From: Octopus vulgaris
Taxonomy: Eukaryota
Direction: 5' to 3'
NCBI GenBank assembly: GCA_951406725.2
Contig: OX597823.1
Location: forward strand, 21,824,001 to 21,888,000
DNA: 64,000 bases
The first letter of the stretch is position 1. Every line of letters starts with the position of its first letter. The translations under genes and the position numbers were made by a program. Below, piece after piece: positions 52,610 to 64,000 of the stretch. The notes beneath the pieces are model-generated. The model was not told the DNA's origin and ran no database searches. It saw nothing but the letters and a program-made list of their open reading frames with translations.

Positions 52610-53621
52610 AGAGAGAAAAATATTTTACCCTTCAGCATTTAAACCAGCCATATCCAGCAACAGATATTCATCTTGTTTTATGCTTAACCAGCCAGATCTG
52701 GCCTCTGCCATCTACCCTATAATGTCAGTCACTTCATCATAATCTCTAAGTTACAAGATTATGCATGATTAATTTAAAACAATGTGAATGAATAAGTATT
52801 AAATTTGACAAAAAAATCTGAACATTAATGGGTTAAATTTATTTTCACTGCTACTGATGAACGACAAATGACAGGACAGGATTCTGTTACCTGGAAGCAC
52901 TTTAGAGCAGTCAGGCGTAATTTAATTTGTCAGCATTCTAAACCCAAGAGAATGTAAGTTCTGCCTTATATGGCTGTTTGCTTGAGAGGTTTTCTTTGCA
53001 ACCATATAGCTCAGGCTTTGATCCCTCTGTGCAGCACTTAGTGCAAGTGATTTTTCTCATGACCCTGGGTTCACTTAATACTTTGAGAATGGAATTTTGT
53101 AAACTGGGAAGCTGTGTGGTAATGTGTTGTATTTTTTTTTAATGACGTATATCAGTAATGGATGTAAACAGCATTGGAAATACTGCAAAACTTGTGCTTT
53201 TCAAATGAATATCTTTGCAGTATTTGTTCTGCATCAAATTACAAACACTCAGTTTTGATATCAGAATTAGGGAGACTATAATTAGCCTATTCCAATTACA
53301 ATACAAATTTAAACAAAATTACAATCTTACTTGCAATGGGGACTGGTAAATTCATATCAGATAACACAAACGTTTGCATTAAAAAGAAAAATAAGCTTCC
53401 ATCATTAATAAATCCATTATTTGAATAGCAGCTTCCCATGTAGCATTTACTTGAAATAGCCAACTCCTATCTTAGATGCTTGCAGATGAAACAATTAATG
53501 AGTTCAGTCTCTCAGTATCCCATGTTTATATATATATATAACTAATGTAGGATTTTTGGCATTAGGATTTTTCTTTTGTCCTTATCTTGTAAATTATATA
53601 TATATATATATATATATATAC

Positions 53622-53935
53622 ACTAGCACTATGACCCGGCAACGACAGGTCATAATGCTAGTTATCTCTAATTTTTATTGTTAAAGTGAAAGTATCTGAC
53701 ATAAAATAGAGAAATGTTTTTGTTTCACTTTTAACACGTAATACTGAAATAGTGGAGAAGATATGATATTGCTATGGGCTCGCCCTAGACAAGAAGTTGA
53801 ACATTTTTTTTTGCCCTTGAAACTACATGGACCCTAAGTAAGGCATGTGAAAAATTTGAATGAAATTGGTTGTGTAGTTCTCAAGTTTTAGGGAAACACA
53901 GACAGACAGACAGACACACATTCTCAGTTATATAT
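53622..53935. mobile_element. Helitron-like non-autonomous element
   Basis: Terminal hairpin actagcactatgacc...ggtcataatgctagt with CTAG. (CAGA)n near the other end. TA-tract flanks. Confidence 0.6.
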
Positions 53936-54253
53936 ATATTGTGAGTGAGTGTAGGAAAGAAAAGTTCTTGTTAGTGTACAGTGAAGTATATTAATAATGG
54001 TATAAAAATTAGTCAAAAGCAAGGGATGTATCTTTTCTTTATATTCAGGTATAAAAAAGTTTTTTCTTTTTAAAGGAAATTAACACAGATAGAAAAATGG
54101 ATTTAAGCAATATTTTCCTTGGAAAAATCCATATTTTCATATCTGCATATAAAGAAAAGCGGCTTCCATTACTTTAATTTTTCTATCATTATTAATACAA
54201 ACACAGAGTTGAGATATTAAAACTTGTGCACTCTAGGTATGTCATTCTCAACT

Positions 54254-54258
<5 letters not shown>

Positions 54259-54310
<52 letters not shown>
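54259..54310. repeat. (TA)n microsatellite
   Basis: Direct reading. Confidence 0.95.
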
Positions 54311-54313
<3 letters not shown>

Positions 54314-55611
54314 TAGTCCCGTTTCTCTCTACTTATCACTGCATATGTAAAACATTGTAAAGCATACAATGGTGTCATTTTGTCCATCTTAACGTTCTGA
54401 GTTCTAATTTCAGGCCTTGTGCCTATAGTGGAAAGGATTATTTTATTAGTGAGGGCAATGAGCTGGCAGAATGCTTAGCAGTATTTCTTCCAGCTCTTTG
54501 TGTTCTGAGTTGAAATGCTGCCGAGGTAAACTTTGCCCTTCATCCTTTTGAGATTAATGCAAGAAAGTACCAGTCATGTATTGGGGGGGGGGTCAGTGTA
54601 ATCAACTAACTGCATTCCCCTAAAATTGTTGACTTTGCCAGAACTTTGAAACTTTATTTTATAAGTCAGTGTTAGTTTTTAATATTCCATCTATTGATGA
54701 TGATGATTGTAGTGAAAAAAATATTACTGTGTTACGAATCCAATTGATAAGGAATGCACTTGTGTTTAATTCAGCAATGATTTCAATATGAATATGCTTG
54801 TGTTTAGTTAAATTATGATTTTCTAACCTGTATGAGTATGTCTGTGTTGATTTAAGCTACTGCCAACATAGAATGATTCACCACAGATATCACATTGATA
54901 TGGGTTCTCCCCTGTATGAACCTGTTTGTGTGTAGTTAGGGCAGTGTTTTGAGAGAATGATTCACCACAGATCATCATCATCATTTAGCGTCCGTTTTCC
55001 ATGCTAGCATGGGTTGGACTGCTAGCATGGGTTGGACTGCGAGCATGGGTTGGACAATATGTTAAATATGTTAATTAGAATTAAATGTAAAGTGAGTTGT
55101 GAGTAAAAACAACAACAAAAAAAAAAAACTATTAGTCAATGATCATTAAGATTGGCAAGATCATTAGAGTATTGGATAATGCCCTTTAGTATTTTGTCAC
55201 TGCTTTTAAAAATTTTAAATCCTGCCAAGCTCAGCTTTAACTTTCATATTTCAGGATCATAAAAATGAAATACCTGTCAAGAACTGGGGAGGGGCATCTA
55301 TTTAATCAACTAGACCCTTCCCCCGATTTGTGGGCTAATGACATGGGTCAGGAATCATTTAGTTACCTTTCTCTTTCATCGTTTTGATGTTGATAAAATA
55401 TCAGTCAAGTATTCGGGGTTGATGTAATCAAATCGATACGGAAAAGAATAACCTGAAATATATTCTTCATTCTATAAGTTTCAGTATTTGCTGGAACTAA
55501 ATCTTCTTTCTCATGTTGTACAAAACTTTTATACAAAGAGCCATTCTTTTGTATGTGGTGTTTCTGGGGGCTATTGATGTTGTTGTTGCAAGACTCAACT
55601 TTACATTACAG

Positions 55612-55705
55612 GAGGCACAAGCTTATGCAGATGAAAATAGTTTGTTATTCATGGAAACATCGGCCAAAACTGCAATGAATGTCAATGAAATATTCCTTGC
55701 TATTG
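55612..55705 (+). CDS. Rab5: Rab5 coding exon 4 (94 nt)
   Basis: Acceptor ttacattacag. Encodes [31 protein letters not shown] with the G5 ETSAK motif. Donor GTAAGT at 55706 (phase 1). Confidence 0.97.
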
Positions 55706-57051
55706 GTAAGTAGATGACTCCTTTTATTTGTCAATTGTTAATTCTAATTCATTTTTATTTCAGTGTGGATCTAAAACAAAAGTGTCAGAGATAGATTGGC
55801 TCCCTTCCCATGGGATGATTTCTCTCTTCATACCATGAACTCCAGAATTAAACATTGGCTTTCAAATCTTTCATGTCTTGGATTTTGTTAAGATAGTCAG
55901 CTGGCTGAAATTGTAAAACATCAAGCAAAATACTTTATATATCTTTTTGTTCCTCAACATTCCAGGGTCAAAACCTGCCATAATTGGTGTATTTTATTGA
56001 TGCTGTTATTGGAACATGGGTCGTAGAGTAGCAAATAAAATACCTTGCAGTATTATGTCCCTTTTTGTGTACAGCTTTATTTTTCAAACTTAGAGATATT
56101 TGGGGTTCATGTAATTATAGAACCAGTTACATATTTGGTGCACTAGCTTACCCCTACAAAATGTCTAGCTTTGTGTCTATATAAGCTACCTTAGAAGCAG
56201 TTATATATTGTACATTTAATCAGAAACAGCTGTTAGAGCAGTTAGATAAATACCAATATCATACTGCAGTCAGGATCAATGCTATTGCCTTTTTTAAGCA
56301 GCAAAATAACATTTTATATTGTCAGACCTAACTATAGTTAGTCTTGTAAGGGTGTGAGTTTAGGGTCCAAATGACCATCTCCCTCTCTCTCTCTAATAAC
56401 CTTACCTAAAGTCAGAAACAATTCTGAAGCTGTGGAATGACAAATGTTCATGCTAGTTTTTGATGTTTTCTTTGTGTTCAATCAAAATCCTGATGGTAAA
56501 TTATACCAGTAGTGTCCTGGGGGTGGAATTTACTGTTATCTATCTTCATCAGATATAGTGGATTTATCATAAAATGGGAAATAATTGCTGGGATTAACTA
56601 GATTTGAGGTTCTAGTGAGAATTACTGTTCCTTGACTGGGGTCATGAACACCAACTTCTAATTATTTTGTATTTTTTTGTAAAAAGAACCCCTGTAGTTT
56701 AATAAAAATGTTATCAACAAATGATGTACAAAAATTACTGGACAGTAAGGTAATCTGTGGATGAGAAAAGATCTCTGCTGCAGGTTGACTACACTGAGGT
56801 CTTGGCCTCAACCAAAAGAACTAGAGGTTCCTTAATAGGATGAGAAATGAGGGTGAGGAACTGGATTTAATGAGATTATTTTATTGAATATTTTGGGAAA
56901 GTGTGTACTGTAATGATCTGGAGGACTTGAAAATCTGGCTGTGGAGAGATGGCAAAAATTCTCTGATAAAGTGCTTGAGTTCAGAATCCTAAGCAAATTT
57001 ATGACATATTACATTGAGCAGTGCTCTCGGTAAGCTTTTCCTACCAAAAAT

Positions 57052-57278
57052 TTAACCCTTTAGCATTTGAACCAACCATATCTGGTCAAAATACTCTACC
57101 TGTTTTATTGTTCAGACTAGCCAGATCCTGCCTCTCACACATACCCTACATTCTTAGTCTAAAAAATATACAGCTACATAATTGAAATCTCAGTGTTATG
57201 AGATAATGCAGGGTAAATTCAAAACAATATTGAATAAATATTACATTTGATTGAATAATCTGGGTACTAAAAGGCTAA
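57052..57278. mobile_element. TTAA-type MITE (CCCTTTAG family)
   Basis: TTAACCCTTTAG...CTAAAAGGCTAA. Confidence 0.78.
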
Positions 57279-58895
57279 AAGCATAGTGTAGCAAATAGAT
57301 AATAGTGACAAAAAGTACTGAACTGTTGATGCTTTGTGTTTATGAGTAACAACCTCCAGTTTCTGAGAAGATTGCAGGTTGAACTTGAGAATGGCAAATT
57401 TTAAATTAGGGAAAAATCAGAATGTCAGTAACTTGAAAATCTCAGAATACTGAATGCAATAATGACAAAAGATAAAAACTTATCCATCATTTAACATTCG
57501 TTTTCCATACTGGCATGGGTTGGATGGTTTGAGAGGAGCTGGCAAGCCAGAGGACTGCGCTAGGCTTTTACTGTCTGTTTTGGCATGGAGAGTGAAACCT
57601 GGTGCAATCTTCTGGCTTCAAAACATTTTAGAGATAACTTAAAAAGAAAAAAGAAAGCAGTCTTAAAAGACATTTACAGTTTTAAGAGAGTGTGAGAAAC
57701 AGGTTTACTTTGAAAACATTAAAAGTGCATTGCAGGGATATGATGTTAAGGACAAGTGTAAACTTAAAGTAGTCTGTTGAATGTTTCCATTTGTTAAATT
57801 CTATCATTATTGAATGTGCTCCAATTTTTCCTCAATACATGATTAAATTAAAGGTTGAATTTAAATACACTGAAATTAGGCTTTGGAATTGCTTATCTCC
57901 CTTAGCTTTCATTTTTATTTTTTTCTGGCTTTATACCAATATACAAACTTTGTGGCCTTTTGATCATTCAATATATTTTTTAGTATTGAAAGAAAACAAG
58001 AGAGTATATAAAGAACAGAAGTATTCAATAAGCTATTTAAGCTTTTGCTTATGTCTTCTATATATCCCAGCAATACATCAAGAAAAAAAGGTTTACTTTT
58101 TAAGTAAACAGGTTACATGTTTCTTTAATCACTTTTAAAACTGAAAACAAATTGTTTTCAAAATTCAGAGTTTTGATGGGTTTTTTTTTTTTACAATTAG
58201 GGTATTTGTATTGTGAGTTTTTGGTTTTACACACCTTCGATAATTTTTCATTCATTTGAAATTTTACCTTCACATATTTTACTCTTATTATTCTTTGATT
58301 GTTATTTCTGCTAATTCATCAATGTAGGTAAGATTTCTGAGGCTTTTTTTTTTTCTAAATCAAAATTTGTTTTAGTAAAGATTTCAGTGAAGCTAAAGAA
58401 AAAACATTATCAACGAAGGAGATCCTCTCAAGCAATTTAAATTTTAAGGAGGCTAAAAGTAAAAATGCTCTGTTAGTTCTGGATAAATCTCTTTGAGTCT
58501 ATGATCATGATGAGAATGAAGTCATGTTCTTGTTCAGCCCAAGGTCAATCCTGATCAAACAGATTATCAAAGATGTCCCAGCCATGATTTTGTCTTTTTA
58601 GTGATTTATAGGTTTACATTATATTCTTCCTGTGTTTAAGAAAGCAGCTCGATTTGTGGTGATTACATTGGTTTTTCTCATTTGCTCGATACATTTAATA
58701 ATCTGATTTGTGTAGTTTAGTGTGTTTGTCTTAGAGGCACACTAAAATGTTAGCACTTAACAGGATCTTGGTAATTTCAAGAAAAAGAAATTTTATTTAT
58801 ATTGATGTTAAAATCTGAATTTTTTTTTTTTTTTTTTTGATAATTGACTTCTTAATTATCCTTGTATCTAATGATAAAAATTATTATAATTACAG

Positions 58896-59005
58896 CAAAG
58901 AAATTGCCAAAGAATGAGGCTGGAGGTACTTCGCAACAGAGACAACAGGGACTGACGCTGAATAACGACCAAAACCAACAGACTAAGGTCGGATGCTGCA
59001 ATTAA
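58896..59005 (+). CDS. Rab5: Rab5 last coding exon (hypervariable tail and prenylation motif)
   Basis: Acceptor attacag. Encodes (A)KKLPKNEAGGTSQQRQQGLTLNNDQNQQTKVGCCN then TAA at 59003-59005. Di-cysteine geranylgeranylation motif. Spliced CDS is 642 nt, in frame. Confidence 0.95.
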
Positions 59006-60865
59006 TGTAGTGTCACATTGTTGTTTGTATTGGTCAGTCAGTGGCTGAGAGCGAATGAAAGAGTGGACAAAGTTATGTGTGCGGGGGTAAAAAAAAAAAA
59101 AAATTATTATTCAAAAATGACGACTCAGCCAGCGAGTCACTCAAAAATGTCACTGCAATGGAAGACCTTTAATTAATTAATTAAAAAGAAGAAAAAAAGC
59201 AACAACACACACAAGAAAAAATTTATATACATACATATATTTATATATACATATATATATATATGTATATATATAAATTAACAAATATAAAGCAAATGAG
59301 AAGAGTTGAACAGCAACACCACCACTACCAGTAACCACCACGTCCACCACCTTGTGGTCATGTCATCAAAGCATTAGTTGGGGACTAAAATTGTATTTTT
59401 TACACATAACAGAAGAATGATAATATATGCTGCAGCCCTATCTGAAGAATGAAAGACACAGACAGAAAGACAACACTTAAAACATGGACAAAGTCTGGGG
59501 TTTTTTTTCCTCTTCTCTTCATTTTTTTTTTTTTCCAATTAAATTTTTTTCTCTTGTTTATTTGTTTTTATTTTGTTTGCTTTTTTTTTTTCAATTTCTT
59601 TTATATATATATATATGTATACATATGTATATATATATTTGCATATAATACCCAGATGACTTGTTGTATAGACACACACAAACACTCTTACATACACAGA
59701 ATTTTCTTCTTTTTTAAAAAAAAAAAAAATTAAGACTGATAATCTTTACTTATTTCTTTGATGGAAAAATGAGACTTTTTTTTTTTTTTACCTGAGAAGG
59801 AGAGGGAAAGAAAGTGAAAAAAAAGGCACACATAGAACAAAAGGAAAACAGCAAAAAAATCTTGTAAATTTCTTTAAAAAGGTTCTGCACCTGTGTAAAA
59901 TATTGTATGCTTTGTCTGTGGGGGTCATTCATAGGGTTAAGGTTTCACAAAAAAACTCGTCTGTTTGTGTCATGTGTGTGCATTATATACATATATATGT
60001 ATATATATACATATATATATGTAATGTATATATTTGTTCAAAGCTAGTGATTCACTCCTTTTGTTCCTCGGTTTCTTGCCATGTGTGATCCTTCAAACAA
60101 CAAAATATCTGTAGCAAGAAGCTGTGTAGCAATGGAATAAAACATCAGCTTCGAATGAATACTTTCTATATGTATTGAGTACTTTTTCTCCCGTTTGTAC
60201 ATCTAAACATGTGTGTGTATATAGATGATATACTGACACATACTTTTGAAAAAATAAAAAAATTTCTAGCTCGTTAATAAAGTTATTTAAAATATTATAT
60301 ATATTTAAGATGTGTGTGTAAATATATATATGTATATATATATAAATATATATATATATAAATATATATATATATAATTACTTAAAAGAATTTCTGGAAG
60401 TTTAATAAAGCTGATGATGATAAATTATATTAATATTAACAAACAATGATAATTTGTAATAAATGTAATTAAGGAAGAGAATCTTTTAAAACCTGGTCCT
60501 CAGGTTTCAAGAAAGATTCCATTGTTCTGCTAGTACTGTTTCAGAACTTTAACCACCACTACAACCAGCACTATCATAACCACCACCACCACCACCACCA
60601 CCATCACTTCTATTACTACTACTACCACCACCACCACCACCACCAGTAATACTTCTACAATAATAGCTACTACTCTTACTGTTTCTAGAGTTTTGTTATT
60701 ACCACTTAACTAAACATCTTCTGCCTCTTCCTACATATTACTACTACTACTACTACAGCTCTTAATTTTTCTATTTTTATGGTTGGCTGTCTTTACCTCA
60801 CTGTCGCTAATTAGTCACTGGACTTGTGTGCATACACACATACACACATTTATACATTCTCTCTA

Positions 60866-60921
<56 letters not shown>

Positions 60922-62430
60922 GCATAAATATTCTGACAGCTGAACTTTGTAACTTATTTACAGTCACTCTAAAGACATGAACACACACACACACACACAC
61001 ACACATACACTCTCACTCTAATCATTTGTAAGAGGACAGTGCTGGACAATGATGGACTAGTGTGGTCAAAAGTAGACTAACCATTGCTACTGTGCCGCCA
61101 CCATCACTGCCACCGTCGTCGTCACCACCACCACCACGACCATCATCATCATATTCATCATCATTGTTGTCTCATTATCATTCCAGCTTCTCAAAAATTT
61201 TCTTGATCATTTTATATTGAAGGTGGCAGTGATGGTAGAAGTGGAAAGTTCTGGGTTTGTGTACTGGGTGGGGACCAAACTTTCTATAAGATTATATACG
61301 TACACGTATGTAGGTGTGTGTGTGTGTGTGCGCGTGCATGCATATGCATATGTGTGTGTATATATATATGTATGTATGTATGTATATTATACACACAAAT
61401 GTGATATGTATGTACATATATACACATAATTATGTGACTGTGTGTGTGTGTGTGTGTGTGTGTTGATCTATTCCTTCTCACCCATTCTTTAAGCTCTCAC
61501 CATTTTGTGTGTTGTGGTAGGGAATACATTTTTTTCTCTTCCACCTTAGCTACTCTCCTTGACTCTGTTATTCATTATCTTCTCCCACCCCGCTTTAAAT
61601 TTTTTTTAATTGTTTCTATCATAGTTAAAACCTTCCCCCCTCCCAGTTCACTTTTTTTTTTTTTCCTGCTCTTAATCTAAGATAATCATAATTTCTTATT
61701 TTTATTAATTAATGCATCGTTAACTGCTTTGGGTGATATTTAGAAATGGAAGATGACTGTGTACACACTATATACATACTTTGTACATGTTAGGCACACA
61801 CATACATGCATACATGCGCTTTATGTACACATTCTGTGCACGCTTATGGCATATGCTATATACATGCATACCATATACATATGTTATATACCTACATTTC
61901 TTTATATACATACCTACTTTTGTTACAAACATATATGCATACATGTTTATATGTTGATTTATATACACGTGTGTGTATATGCGTAATATATACATGTGTG
62001 TGCTCCCTCACCTTTCTAAAGGAAAACATCGTTGAATGCTCATTTTTTTTTTTTTTTTACATTCTGCATATACTAACACACACATGCATATATATATATA
62101 TGTATATATATACACATACATACATTCACACATACAAATATACACCTATTACTAAACTATGTTATGTGTAGTAGGGAAAAACTGTTTATTTTCTCCTCCA
62201 GTGTGTATATTGCGAGGTATAATATATTCTGTATATAAATGATATATATTTCATACTCGCAGAGATGATGGGGATTTTTCTGTTGTTTTATTGTTTTTTT
62301 TTTTATTAAATTTAAATTTTTTTTTTTAAAACTCCTTTACTAGTGACTTTAGAAGCGCATCCTTAATTTGATTCAATGAACTTCCTACGTATAGTAACAT
62401 TGTTTGGAATAAATAATTCTATCTTAACAG
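59006..62430 (+). other. Rab5: Putative long Rab5 3'UTR
   Basis: Follows the stop codon. No recognisable SINE/MITE, unlike the introns. AATAAA near 60136, 60276 and 62408, the last followed by a U-rich tract. Confidence 0.5.
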
Positions 62431-63895
62431 TTTCCTTTTTTTATTAAGATTCTTTCAGCTTCTCAACCTTTGCAGCAGGTTTTGGTGGGAACGGAGGAGG
62501 GCAAGAAAAGAAAAACCTTCAATAATAATAATAATAATAATGATATAATGATGGTGGTGGTGGTGGTGATGGTGATTTTTTTTTTATCCCCTCACCCCCC
62601 ATGCCCCATTTTGAAGCAAATACAAGAGGACACCTGGAAGATAATCAAATGTGAATACTCAGCAGGAAATGAATCTAGGTTTCTTAACTATTGCCATCTT
62701 GTTCACGTATTGACCTCTCTTGTGAATGTTCGCTCAATTTCTCTTTTAAAGTTGTTCACACCTCCCCTCCTTTTGTTTTTTAATAGGAAATCAACTCAAC
62801 CCCTTACAACTTGTCTGCTTATCGCCTTTTGGGATTATCCACTTGATCCTCACCTCCTTTTGGGAGCTATCTTCTCACCTCACTCCTGCTTTATAAACTA
62901 TTCATAGGAGTAAATTCTTGCAAGCTTCTCAGCTTGACCTTCTATTGGGGTTATCTGCTCAGTCTTTCCTGTAGCTTTTATATTCGCATCTACTTGGGGT
63001 TCAAATGTAATAATTGTGTTTATAATGATGAGCTCATAGATTAAGCCTTAAAGAAAAATATCAGTTTATCCCCATTACCATTTTACTTTGCTTCCTGTAA
63101 TCTATTGCAAATGAGATCCCTTTTCTAGAAATTTAAATATTTCCTTATTGTTCAACCAATTCTCTTTTTTTATATTTCTTACTGCCAGCCTAACTCAACT
63201 GTGAAGTGAAGAGTGGAACCTATTTGTACACCATGCAGGTTTGAGGATTGCAGAGTTATGTACCTTAGTAACTGAGCTTTTTTTTTTTTTTTTTTTTTGG
63301 TTTTTGGATAACCTAGCTAAGAAATGAGCTCATGATCTTGTGAACAATAGTCCAGCTTGCTAGGCAAATTGCTTTCTTTTACTGTTTGGGTAGTTGTGAT
63401 ATTTAGTATTTACATTCATACCTTTTTACTCTGTTAAAATGTTTTTACTTTAATCTATAGGAAATGGTAGTACCCATAATTTTCACAAACCTTGTAAATC
63501 AAAGATTATGGTTGATGTTAACATTGAGCATGTACGAGTCAATATCTGCAGGAAATATATTGCCAAAGAGAGAATTCCAGAGGATTCACAGTCCAAAGTA
63601 GAAGGATCAGGAAAAGCAGTCACTGAGGGAGAAGAGAGGATACAGTGTGATGAGAAGTATCATCTGGCAGACCTGAGAGAAAGTAGTATCTGTCATATAC
63701 TGGGGTTAATGTGACCATGTGCCAATGAGAAGTTAACTTTAACATTGTTGTCAAAGACTTGGCGTTTGAATCCACTTGATCTACCCAGATTCCTTGACAT
63801 CAGTATTCATTATAGATTTTTTTAACTAGTTAGTCCCTTATAGGTTAAAAACAGAATTCTCGTGCATTTGTGTATGTGGAAATATATGTAAAATA

Positions 63896-63926
<31 letters not shown>

Positions 63927-64000
63927 TATATGTATATAATATATTTTTTATTGGTCTCAGTCAAGAGGCTGAGGCCATGCTGGAACACCACCTCTCAGTG

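Overview
AT-rich, microsatellite- and TE-laden animal genomic DNA. The SINE repertoire suggests an octopus/coleoid cephalopod (inferred, not database-checked). The only protein-coding gene I can support is Rab5 (+ strand, five coding exons: 28098-28260, 46883-47034, 52002-52124, 55612-55705, 58896-59005; 213 aa, ends GCCN*). Its 5'UTR intron probably covers much of 1-28064, and a long TE-free 3' region runs to about 62.4 kb. The introns hold two tRNA-derived SINE families, decayed mariner transposons, TA- and TTAA-type MITEs, Helitron/HINE-like elements and LINE remnants (R4-like, CR1-like, I/Jockey-like). The most notable non-coding signals are: (1) three minimal type-I hammerhead ribozyme motifs in a Penelope-like inverted repeat about 1 kb into intron 1, one truncated at its predicted cleavage site; (2) a 5'-truncated tRNA-Asp fused through a short trailer to a full SINE and inserted as one unit; (3) a perfect 155-bp-arm palindrome inside an R4-like LINE remnant; (4) a CpG-rich 22-bp minisatellite with an age gradient and a 110-bp higher-order unit. 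Most ORFs in the supplied track are microsatellite or SINE artefacts. TE boundaries are approximate and read by eye.
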